A stretch of DNA of 42,384 bases, taken from Chthoniobacteraceae bacterium (GTDB taxonomy: Bacteria > Verrucomicrobiota > Verrucomicrobiia > Chthoniobacterales > Chthoniobacteraceae). The notes below the pieces were generated by a model that had not been told where the DNA came from, ran no database searches, and worked only from the letters and a program-made list of their open reading frames with translations. The translations under genes and the position numbers were made by a program. The DNA is taken from positions 1 through 42,384 of the forward strand of contig JANNXQ010000058.1 of NCBI GenBank assembly GCA_031409655.1, in the 5' to 3' direction. This document shows positions 19,802 to 27,897 of this stretch, piece by piece (the stretch's first letter is position 1; every line of letters starts with the position of its first letter).

Positions 19802-20446
19802 TTAGTCCTCCGCCACTTCCTGTTTTCCACGCGGTGCCTCTCCCCGGCGCACCCGCTCGTAAGCCGCGCGCGCAGCTTCGCGAGCCTCTTCCCAGCGGAG
19901 CGAATAGGAATGCTCCGGGTCACGACCCAGACCCGATTCGTCTCCGCGCATGGGGAAATCCCGCAGATTCGTCTGCATCGTGCCGGGCGGCTTTGCAGGA
20001 TCGTTGCCAGCGTGGGCCGCTTCGGCTTCTGCCTTCTGCGGGCCGCCCTCGTATTCCATGCGGAGATCGGCTTCACGATCCTCGAAGGTCTTGCCCGCCC
20101 GGTAGCCAGTGTAGCCAGTCCGGTAAGCAGGCGCATAGGCTTCGTAGGGCCGGGTGCGATCCGCGAAAGGCTGCGACCAATGACTCTCGCGCCAATAGGT
20201 ATCTTCGGCGGTGGGATCGATCATTTCGGCCACACCTTTGCCGGCGAGACCACCGGCCACAGCGCCGATCACGGAACCGACTGCCGTCCCGATCGGCCCG
20301 GCGAAGGAGCCAATGGCGGCCCCAGTCGCGCCGCCCGCAGCGGCACCGACGCCGGTGCCGACAGGATGTGCGCCGGGTTCACCGGTGATGGGATCAGGAT
20401 TTGATTCGCGTCCGCGCAGGTCATTTTCCGTTTCTTTGGTTGGCAT
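19802..20446 (-). CDS. Glycine-zipper-containing putative stress protein
   Basis: NPDPITGEPGAHPVGTGVGAAAGG..AVAGGLAGKGVAE.IDPTAED.YWR..PAYR.GY..W. Confidence 0.8.
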   Translation of the reverse strand: MPTKETENDLRGRESNPDPITGEPGAHPVGTGVGAAAGGATGAAIGSFAGPIGTAVGSVIGAVAGGLAGKGVAEMIDPTAEDTYWRESHWSQPFADRTRPYEAYAPAYRTGYTGYRAGKTFEDREADLRMEYEGGPQKAEAEAAHAGNDPAKPPGTMQTNLRDFPMRGDESGLGRDPEHSYSLRWEEAREAARAAYERVRRGEAPRGKQEVAED

Positions 20447-20497
20447 AAGTGGATTTAGTAATTGGGTTGTTTGGATCTCCGGTGGCGGTGCACCGGG

Positions 20498-20731
20498 CTA
20501 TTTTTGCTCCCGCACGCGGTCGGCCTCCTTCTTCAAGGCATCGGCCTGCGCATCGGCGGCTTTTTTCGCCGCATCGGCTTGGGCATCGACGTTCTTCTTC
20601 GTCGCCTTGGCCGCGTCTTCGAGGTTGTCGGCTTGGTTTTCCAGGGTCTTTTCGCGAGCTTGTTCCTGCTTCGAGTCGCAGGCGGTCAGGGCAAAGGCGG
20701 CAGTGAGGGTGAGGATGGGAATGAATTTCAT
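20498..20731 (-). CDS. Small alanine/lysine-rich lipoprotein
   Basis: Lipobox LTAC after a hydrophobic signal; helical ADA-rich repeats. Confidence 0.8.
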   Translation of the reverse strand: MKFIPILTLTAAFALTACDSKQEQAREKTLENQADNLEDAAKATKKNVDAQADAAKKAADAQADALKKEADRVREQK

Positions 20732-20736
20732 AAGTA

Positions 20737-20958
20737 TTAACGCATCGCGCGCCCCTGCTCAGGTGGTCGCCTGAGTTTGCCATCAGGTTTCATCTTTCCC
20801 CTCCCTCCCGCCACGTCGCGCCGTCGATGGCGCAGATGCCGCTGCAGGACCGCCTCGCTTTCACCTTGGCGATCCACGGCCTCCCTGAGGTCGCGCTCCA
20901 GCGCGAGCATTTCGTTCAGATCCATCTGGAGCGTTTGTGGTGCGTAGGATTGGCTCAT
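20737..20958 (-). CDS. Small hypothetical ORF, possibly a truncated remnant
   Basis: Helical N-terminus 'TLQMDLNEMLALERDLREAVDRQ'; C-terminal half looks non-coding and runs through a regulatory motif. Confidence 0.3.
   Translation of the reverse strand: MSQSYAPQTLQMDLNEMLALERDLREAVDRQGESEAVLQRHLRHRRRDVAGGRGKMKPDGKLRRPPEQGRAMR
20759..20787. promoter_or_regulatory. Tripartite motif copy 2
   Basis: TCAGG tggtcg CCTGA gtttgcca TCAGG, 27 nt upstream of the lipoprotein ATG (20731, minus strand). Confidence 0.6.
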
Positions 20959-20993
20959 CGGTTCACGTCAGTTTCACGTTAGTTGTGTGCCAC

Positions 20994-22076
20994 TCATTGC
21001 ACCCCCGTCGGGATGGCAATTGGCTGCGGACCTCCGAAGGCCGCCCGCAGATCCGAGGCTGCATATTCGACGGCATCGCGCGCCTTATCGACTACCGCAC
21101 CCATGCCGAAGAACTCATGCGTCACCGCTTCGTAAGCCTTCTGCCGCACTTTCACTCCTTTCTCCATGAGCAGCTTCGCGAACTCCTCTCCCTCGGAGCG
21201 CAGCGGGTCGATTTGCGCAAGGATGATCGTCGTCGGAGGCATTGCCTTGAGGGCGTCACCGGCCAGAAGCAGGGTCAGTCGTGGGTCACGCCCGTCCTCC
21301 GCCTTCCCGACCGTGTGCTTAACGAACCACTCCATCATCGCCCTGTTCAAAGGCTTCGCTTCCGCGTTTTCCTGATAGGACGACGAGTTCATATTCCCCG
21401 GATCGGTCACCGGATAGACGAGCACTTGATGCACTGGGAGCGGGATGCCTTGCGCCTTGGCCATCAGCGAAAGCGCCGCCGCCATATTCCCGCCCGCACT
21501 TTCGCCCACCACGGCGAGCCGCTTTGCATCATAGTTCCGCTTCTCCTCGTTCTTCAGCACCCATTGATAGATGGCAAAGACATCCTCATGCGCGGCGGGA
21601 AACTGATGTTCCGGTGCATGACGATAGTCGGTCGAAACCACGACGGCGTGCACCGCATTGCAGAGCGCGCGGGGCGACGAGTCGTAAGTATCGAGATCTG
21701 CGATCACCCACCCGCCGCCGTGAATGTAAAGGATGACGGGAAATGGCCCATCGCCCTTCGGCGTGTAGATGCGCACGTCGATCTTGTGCCCATCGCCGAG
21801 CTTCACCTTGGCATCGTCCACATCGCCGACTGGCTCCGGACCTTTGAGGTCGCGCTTCTGCATCAGCCGCTGCACCGCGTCCGCGGGCGACGGTTGCTTG
21901 CGGGCCTCCTCGGGTGAGAGCTTTTCAATCGGCTTCCCGTCGAGCGCGGCGAGTTCATCGAGCACCGCCTGCATCTGCGGATCGGGTGTGGCTTGTTGCG
22001 CGGGCGCGAAAGGATTCCACGCGACCAAGAGCGCGGCAGCAGCGAAAGGGAGCATTGGGCAGGTGAGCGTCTTCAT
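20994..22076 (-). CDS. Secreted HSL-family (family IV) alpha/beta hydrolase/esterase
   Basis: Signal peptide; HGGGW oxyanion motif; GESAGG nucleophile; DPLRSEG; HEFF. Confidence 0.92.
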   Translation of the reverse strand: MKTLTCPMLPFAAAALLVAWNPFAPAQQATPDPQMQAVLDELAALDGKPIEKLSPEEARKQPSPADAVQRLMQKRDLKGPEPVGDVDDAKVKLGDGHKIDVRIYTPKGDGPFPVILYIHGGGWVIADLDTYDSSPRALCNAVHAVVVSTDYRHAPEHQFPAAHEDVFAIYQWVLKNEEKRNYDAKRLAVVGESAGGNMAAALSLMAKAQGIPLPVHQVLVYPVTDPGNMNSSSYQENAEAKPLNRAMMEWFVKHTVGKAEDGRDPRLTLLLAGDALKAMPPTTIILAQIDPLRSEGEEFAKLLMEKGVKVRQKAYEAVTHEFFGMGAVVDKARDAVEYAASDLRAAFGGPQPIAIPTGVQ

Positions 22077-22109
22077 TCCCCAAGATCGTGTTTCCTCTCC
22101 GGTTGCGCG

Positions 22110-22138
22110 TCAGGCAGAGCCCCGACCTGCTGCTCAGG
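22110..22138. promoter_or_regulatory. Tripartite motif copy 3
   Basis: TCAGG cagagc CCCGA cctgctgc TCAGG, 33 nt upstream of the esterase ATG (22076, minus strand). Confidence 0.55.
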
Positions 22139-22218
22139 TTTCACCATTGCCGGGCAGCCGAACGGGGCGTTGGATGCGATTTTCCAGCCAACGTGAAGAC
22201 CACTTCGTTTTCCCGTCG

Positions 22219-22516
22219 ATGCGCGCCGTGATCCTCTCCGGCAGCGCCGGACCCATCCGCTGCGGCGAAGCGCTGGAGAAAGCTTTTGCCGCCGATCCGC
22301 GCGTCGAACGCGTCGCCCACGAAGACGCGTTGCGCTTCACCAATCAGGTGGCTCTCGCGCGTCTTCCATCGCTACTTCGTCGCTCTCCCCGAGACGAAGG
22401 CGCACCTCGAAGCCATCGGAATCCCCGCACAGCGCGTGAGCGCCACCGGCATTCCGATCCATCCCATCTTCGCTGAGCCGGTGAATGCCGCAGCGGTGCG
22501 CCGCCGTCACGGCTAG
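22219..22516 (+). pseudogene. Decayed MGDG-synthase/UgtP-like glycosyltransferase fragment
   Basis: 'MRAVILSGSAG-PIRCGEALEKAF..HEDALRFTN', then a frame change to 'WLSRVFHRYFVALPETKAHLEAIGIPAQRVSATGIPIHPIF'; middle segment and C-terminal domain missing. Confidence 0.75.
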
Positions 22517-22764
22517 CGCGAAGCGCGCCGCACCGTATCGGGTGCGACTTCGATGCCGGCCAGCGCGAGAATTTTCCGGATCATCCCGAACGACGCACCT
22601 TGCAACCGCAGTTCAGCGATGCCATCGCGCTGTGGAAGCAGGGTTGCAAACCGCTTCGGTGGAACGCCCGCGAAATCGCGCACAGTGTCGGCAATACACT
22701 GCGTTCGCTCTTCAGCGTTGGTTGCGCCACTCACGACGCGCCTCCTAAGCGAACGCTGTGGCAT
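22513..22764 (-). CDS. Small putative DNA-binding/relaxosome accessory protein, divergent from the relaxase, probably 3'-truncated
   Basis: HTH-like 'IAELRLQGASFGMIRKILALAGIEVAPDTVRR'; head-to-head with the relaxase; exact start uncertain. Confidence 0.55.
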   Translation of the reverse strand: MPQRSLRRRVVSGATNAEERTQCIADTVRDFAGVPPKRFATLLPQRDGIAELRLQGASFGMIRKILALAGIEVAPDTVRRASR

Positions 22765-22845
22765 CGGTTCGAAATGCCAGTTCTAAGCGGCGCGTGCATT
22801 CTTCAAATTCATTCCCGCAGCATGCCTAGCTGCACCCTCCAAGCG

Positions 22846-22865
22846 GCTCCGCCGATGGAGCAACT
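22846..22865. promoter_or_regulatory. Palindromic operator copy 1 (upstream of the relaxase)
   Basis: GCTCCG-CCGA-TGGAGCAACT; 17/20 identical to the copy at 27423. Confidence 0.65.
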
Positions 22866-22897
22866 TTTCGTTTCGCCTCAAACAACGTGAGTGGCTG

Positions 22898-25705
22898 ATG
22901 TTGTCACCGAAGACGCAATACAACCTGAAGAATGCTCAGGAGTATTTTGAGGAACATCTTTGCGCAGGGGACTATTACAGCGGAGGGCAGAGGATTCGCG
23001 GTCAGTGGTTCGGCAAAGGCGCTGAAGCTCTCGGTCTGCGCGGCGATGTGGGGCGCGATGAATTCCTCGCGTTGTGTGAGAATCATCATCCGCAGACCGG
23101 GGAGCCTTTGACGCAACGCCGTAAGAATCTCCGGCGCGAGGTGGATGAAAACGGAGCCGAGCGGAATGCGGCAAACCGACGCGTGTTCTACGACTTCACG
23201 CTGTCGCCTCCCAAATCCGTTTCCATCGCCGCCCTGGCTGGCAGTGATGAGCGGATCATCGAAGCACATAGCCGCGCAGTTTCTGTCGCGATGGGGGAGT
23301 TGGAAGCATTCGCTTCGACCCGCGTTCGTCGTGGCGGAGGTTTTTCGGATCGGGAAACGGGCAATGTGGTGGGCGCGACCTTTCACCACGACACGTCCCG
23401 CGCCCTCGATCCGCATCTGCACAGCCATTGCATCGTTTTTAACGCGACTCACGATGCCAGCGAAGGCCGATGGAAGGCGCTCCAGAATTATGAGATGCTC
23501 CGGGCGCAAAAGTATGTTGAGAACGTCTATTACCACGAGCTGGCCCGTGCATTGTTCGGGCTCGGATACGAAATCGAAAACCATCGGAGAGGGGATTTCG
23601 AGTTGAAGGGCATCACGCCGGCATTGCGCGACAAGTTCTCAAAGCGTCATGCTGAGATTGATGAGAAGACGCGCGCGTTGCTCGTGAATCAACCGGGAAA
23701 GGCTTCGGGCAATATTGCCGACATCCGCGAGCACATCGCCCATGAGGAGCGTTCGCGAAAGATAAAGACGGTGGGGCGAGAGAAGCTGCGAAGTCTGTGG
23801 AAAGAGCAAATGACGAAAGACGAGTGCGCGGAGCTTGTCGGGCTTCGTGCTGGAAATGGGCGGCGTGCAAAGATTCGACCGTCCAGCGCGGACGTGGCGT
23901 TGAGATGGGCTGAGGATCACTTGTTCGACCGCCGCTCGGTCGTGAGTGAGCACGAGCTTTGGCGGCACGCGCTCGAATTTGCACGCGGGAGCGTGATGGA
24001 AATCGCGGCGCTCAAGGCGATGACGGCGAAGCGCGATTACCTGCGCGATGAAACCGCGCCTCGCAAACTGACGACGCGCGAAGTGCTCGGTCGCGAGTGG
24101 GACATTCTTCAAGTCGCGAAGGACGGGGTAGGGCGGCATCGTCCGTTCAACGCTACCCATGTCGCCGCCGATTCGTTGGACGAGGAGCAGCGCCACGCTG
24201 TCGGACAGATTTTGTGCTCGGTGGATTTTCTGACGCTGTTGCGCGGTGCGGCCGGCACCGGCAAGAGCTTCGCATTGCGCGAAGTGCTGCGTGGCCTCCA
24301 AGGCGCGGGGCACGCGGTTCACGTTATCGCGCCACAGCGGCAGCAGGTAATTGATCTGGAAGCTGCCGGATTCGCTGGCACCCAAACGGTCAGCGAATTC
24401 CTGACGCGGAAATCCATGAGCCCCTGCGGCGTGGTGATCGTCGATGAGACGGGTCAGCTCGGCGCGAAGCAAATGCAGGCTCTTCTCGGATACGTGAAGG
24501 AAAATGGCGGACGCATCATCTGCTCCGGGGACACCCGCCAGCACGGCGCGGTGGAAGCATCGGACGCGCTGCGGGCTATCGAAAAGTATTCGGGTTTGAA
24601 AGCCGCTGAGTTGACCGCGGTTCGCCGACAAGATCCCGCTCGAGCGAAGACGAGTGAGGAGCGGAGTTTCATCGAGGAATACAAACGAGCGGTGCAGGAA
24701 GCCTCCGTGGGCCTGGCTTCGGAGTCATTCGACCGGCTGGAACGACAAGGCGCATTGGTGGATTGCGGAGGAGGGGAGCGGCAAGAACGGCTCGCCGGTC
24801 ATTACCTGGAACTTGCCCGCAAGGGCGAATCCATAGTCGTGGTCGCGCAAACGTGGTCGGAGATTCGGAAGGTGAATGAGAGCGTGCGGGATGCCCTCAA
24901 GCGGGCCGGTTTGATCGGGGCTGAGGAGCACGCAATCTCGACGCTCGAAGCCGTCGATCTGACGGATGCGCAAAAGCGCGACGCGCGTTCTTACGAGGCG
25001 GACAGCGTGATTGTTTTCAACCGCGACACCAGCGGCTTTCGGAAGGGTCAGCGCGGGCGCCTGGTCGCGATGACCGACGCCGCGATCGTGGTTGAGGCGG
25101 GCAACAAGATTCGCGAAATTCGGTTTGCACAGCTTGAACGGCTCACGGTCTGCCGCGAGCGAGAAACGTCGCTTTCCACGGGGGACCGATTGCAGCTCAA
25201 GGCGAACGCGAAAACGAAGAATGGTCGAGCCTTGGCGAACGGCGAACTCGTCACCGTCGCCCGGATCGAAAGTGATGGTCGCATCGTGTTGCATGATGGC
25301 CGCGTGCTGGAACGCGACTACCGCCAGTTTTTGCGCGGCTACGCCGTCACATCCTACGGCTCGCAGGGTAAGACCGTGGACTACGTGCTCTTCTCCGACT
25401 CGGCGGTGCAGGCTGCGACTAGCCGACAACAATGGTATGTGACCATTTCGCGAGGACGCAAAGGCGTCAGAATCTTCACGGCCGACAAGGAGCAGTTGCG
25501 GGAAAACATCGCCCGCTCCGGTGATCGCGAACTGGCGCTCGATCTGACAACGCTGCGTCAGAGAAAGCGTCGGAGTCTGCGTCGCAGTCTGGCAACTGGC
25601 CTGACACGCGGGCGTCAACTCGCTACCACGATCTGCCATCGCATCGCCGCGCTTGCGTCACGGATGAGAGTGAATGCCGCGCGGCGCGAGGTATCCGTGT
25701 CATGA
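22898..25705 (+). CDS. MOBF (TrwC/TraI-like) conjugative relaxase-helicase
   Basis: N-terminal Tyr motifs 'EYF..GDYYS'; 'YDFTLSPPKSVS'; HUH 'HHDTSRALDPHLHSH'; helicase GAAGTGKS, VDE, GDTRQH, YAVTSYGSQGKTVD, YVTISRGR. Confidence 0.96.
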   Translation: MLSPKTQYNLKNAQEYFEEHLCAGDYYSGGQRIRGQWFGKGAEALGLRGDVGRDEFLALCENHHPQTGEPLTQRRKNLRREVDENGAERNAANRRVFYDFTLSPPKSVSIAALAGSDERIIEAHSRAVSVAMGELEAFASTRVRRGGGFSDRETGNVVGATFHHDTSRALDPHLHSHCIVFNATHDASEGRWKALQNYEMLRAQKYVENVYYHELARALFGLGYEIENHRRGDFELKGITPALRDKFSKRHAEIDEKTRALLVNQPGKASGNIADIREHIAHEERSRKIKTVGREKLRSLWKEQMTKDECAELVGLRAGNGRRAKIRPSSADVALRWAEDHLFDRRSVVSEHELWRHALEFARGSVMEIAALKAMTAKRDYLRDETAPRKLTTREVLGREWDILQVAKDGVGRHRPFNATHVAADSLDEEQRHAVGQILCSVDFLTLLRGAAGTGKSFALREVLRGLQGAGHAVHVIAPQRQQVIDLEAAGFAGTQTVSEFLTRKSMSPCGVVIVDETGQLGAKQMQALLGYVKENGGRIICSGDTRQHGAVEASDALRAIEKYSGLKAAELTAVRRQDPARAKTSEERSFIEEYKRAVQEASVGLASESFDRLERQGALVDCGGGERQERLAGHYLELARKGESIVVVAQTWSEIRKVNESVRDALKRAGLIGAEEHAISTLEAVDLTDAQKRDARSYEADSVIVFNRDTSGFRKGQRGRLVAMTDAAIVVEAGNKIREIRFAQLERLTVCRERETSLSTGDRLQLKANAKTKNGRALANGELVTVARIESDGRIVLHDGRVLERDYRQFLRGYAVTSYGSQGKTVDYVLFSDSAVQAATSRQQWYVTISRGRKGVRIFTADKEQLRENIARSGDRELALDLTTLRQRKRRSLRRSLATGLTRGRQLATTICHRIAALASRMRVNAARREVSVS

Positions 25706-26097
25706 TTAGAACGAGCCAATCGGAGAGTAAAACCACCGAAGCCAGTGCGACCAAGCGAAGCGTTGTGTGTTGGAATGAAGACCCACAAACGCACGCACTT
25801 CGGGTCGAGTTGAAGAGCGGGGGCTTTTTCGTGTTCCCCATATCGCATTTCCTCTCCGCCGAATTCACGCTTGGCGACAAAGGGGACGTGTTCAAACTGC
25901 TGTTCACCACGCACGAAGTAACGATTTCCGGGCGGCACTTGCGCGAGGTTGGGCTGGCGATGCAAAAACTCGCGGTCGAATGGATCAAGGAAATCGCACC
26001 GAAGTATGCCAAGCTCGCCGAGCCGAATGCCGCGGTCATTCTTTCCATTGAAGTCGCTGCAGTTGCGGATTCAGACGAGGACGAGGGCAAGCAATAA
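25702..26097 (+). CDS. Hypothetical protein translationally coupled to the relaxase
   Basis: ATGA overlap with the relaxase stop; globular-looking 131 aa sequence. Confidence 0.7.
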   Translation: MIRTSQSESKTTEASATKRSVVCWNEDPQTHALRVELKSGGFFVFPISHFLSAEFTLGDKGDVFKLLFTTHEVTISGRHLREVGLAMQKLAVEWIKEIAPKYAKLAEPNAAVILSIEVAAVADSDEDEGKQ

Positions 26098-26121
26098 CCC
26101 GACTCGATAGCACCGCTTTTA

Positions 26122-27234
26122 TCAGCGCGGAAACGTGGCGAGAACCTGCGCGTGAACTTGGGCAAGCTCGTCCGCGTCGATGTGGACTTCGGTAGCGCGC
26201 GGATGGTCGCGATACCAATTCCCGACTCGCTCCGGCCTCGTCAGGCCGTCGCGGGCGAGAAGTTTGCGTGCCTTTACCACCGTCGAGGAAAGGTTGAAGA
26301 ACATGAGTTTTCCCGTGCTGGCAGCTCGATCCACGGCAAAGCCGTGGGTGATATAAAGCGCATCGGCATAGCAGGCAAGGACGCGCTCCGCTCGATGCCC
26401 GTCGGTCAGCGAATTCAGGGCAAAACGGAACGCGGTTCGGCGGGCAAAGGTGACTTTGCAGTTGTCCCAGTGGCAGCCGGCGAGCGGTTCCAGCATCGCA
26501 AACGCCTTTTTTCGCAACGCGGGAGCGCATTTGCGCCCCGCAGGGTCTGCTTTCCAATCGCGCCACTGCGCAACATCGCGCTCTGGGCCGTATTGATCTG
26601 ACTGCTGTATTCCGAAGGAATCCTCTCCAGTATTAGCATTGTCACAGACTCGGTGATTTTTGATTGGATTCGCAGGGGAGGTTTTCCGACGCTTGCACGC
26701 GTCGCATTTGCCTTGAGTAGTTGTTTCCTTCGCCAGAGCGGCAGATCCCGTCGCCTGGTCTTTCCTGGGGCGGCCGCGCGGCCGCGACTGCGGTGCCATG
26801 ATGATCGTCGGGGCGATCTTCTCTCCTCCTCTGCCAAGCGTCGTGTAGTTGTGGAGCGGCTTTCTGCGCCGGTCGTAGAATAGGGAGTGCTTGTCGAAGC
26901 AGAGCTTCGCCGGATCGGCGACGATCACGCCCCATTTCTTTGTCCCGTCCCGGCCATTGGTTCGCATCTTGGTCTCGAATGCCAGCTCCCCATCCCGGCG
27001 CAGTTACGATAACTCTCGCGTGGCATGTTCACGACTATAGCCAGTCCTTCGACAAAACGCGGCGAGGTCGATGTCACCCCAAATGGGCGAGCGCGCGGCG
27101 ACGTTCTTGATCCATCCTTTCAAGCGGGCACGGCACGTTGCAACGTGGCCGCGGCGACGGCCACGGCAACGACGAACACTGTTAGTTTCTTCCCGGCATG
27201 AGGGCAGACCCCACCGGTCAGAAAAACTCGGCAT
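26122..27234 (-). pseudogene. wHTH-containing putative replication initiator, interrupted by one in-frame TAA at 27004-27006
   Basis: ORFs 27004-27264 and 26122-26967 are in one frame: ..IDLAAFCRRTGYSREHATRELS*LRRDGELAFETKMRTNG..; GGGAG RBS before ATG 27234; Rep function is inferred. Confidence 0.65.
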
Positions 27235-27239
27235 TTTTC

Positions 27240-27267
27240 TTGACTCCCGGCAATCGGAAGCCAAGTT
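27240..27267 (+). promoter_or_regulatory. Putative sigma-70 promoter for an antisense RNA
   Basis: TTGACT-N16-CAAGTT overlapping the rep-like gene's RBS on the opposite strand; weak -10 box. Confidence 0.35.
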
Positions 27268-27307
27268 CGTCGTTAACTACTTCGACTCCTTGGCTCCTAA
27301 AAGCCTT

Positions 27308-27351
27308 CGGGGATTGGTGAGCGACCAACTCATCAATCCCCGCTTTTTTTT
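27308..27351 (+). terminator. Strong intrinsic terminator, probable 3' end of a counter-transcribed RNA
   Basis: CGGGGATTGGTGAG-CGACCAA-CTCATCAATCCCCG (14 bp, one G-U pair) followed by C-T8; no credible plus-strand gene within 1.2 kb upstream. Confidence 0.75.
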
Positions 27352-27422
27352 GGATTGGTGGTTAGGTGTTAGATGGGCATATGGGTCACCTCCTCGCAGT
27401 AGGGGATGGGAGCCGGGAAGCT

Positions 27423-27442
27423 GCGCCGCACATGGAGCAACT
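27423..27442. promoter_or_regulatory. Palindromic operator copy 2
   Basis: GCGCCG-CACA-TGGAGCAACT; shares ATGGAGCAACTTT(T)CGTT with 22855-22872. Confidence 0.65.
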
Positions 27443-27537
27443 TTCGTTGGGGACGCTGTCCCGATGTCTCAGGCGTGGCCTAGTCTATGGAGGTTTTCAC
27501 GTTTGTGAGATGCGGACTCCGGGCACTCCTCCACATT

Positions 27538-27557
27538 GCTCCGCACACGGCGCAACT
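27538..27557. promoter_or_regulatory. Palindromic operator copy 3 (upstream of the XRE gene)
   Basis: (TT)GCTCCG-CACA-CGGCGCAACT; 17/20 identical to copy 2. Confidence 0.6.
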
Positions 27558-27591
27558 AGGCTGCGCGCACTCCGGTAGCGTGCCAGCCATT

Positions 27592-27897
27592 ATGAGCCAA
27601 CAGACCTACAAGAATGTAGTGGGGCCGAACATCAGAAGTCTCCGCATCCAGTTTTCCTGGACCCAGGGAACGCTCGCGAAATATCTGCGGCTTATGGGCT
27701 GGAACATTTCCCGCAGCACTCGAGCCAAAGTCGAAGCGCGTCTGGTCTGCGTCAGCGATTCTGACCTTCTGTATTTTGTCCGTTTGTTTGAAGTGGAACC
27801 GAAATACCTATCGCCGGAACTCGACCCGGAAGAACACTTGGGAACGGCCGTCCGCCGCCTGCTTTTCCGCCCGACGCTCGCATACCGATCCACATGA
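27592..27897 (+). CDS. XRE-family HTH transcriptional regulator
   Basis: 'NVVGPNIRSLRIQFSWTQGTLAKYLRLMGWNISRSTRAKVEAR'; start at MSQQ. Confidence 0.85.
   Translation: MSQQTYKNVVGPNIRSLRIQFSWTQGTLAKYLRLMGWNISRSTRAKVEARLVCVSDSDLLYFVRLFEVEPKYLSPELDPEEHLGTAVRRLLFRPTLAYRST

Noticed and set aside
27004..27006. Programmed readthrough or recoding of the internal stop
   Set aside because: The codon is TAA, not TGA or TAG; TAA ends normal genes here; a nonsense mutation or sequencing error is simpler
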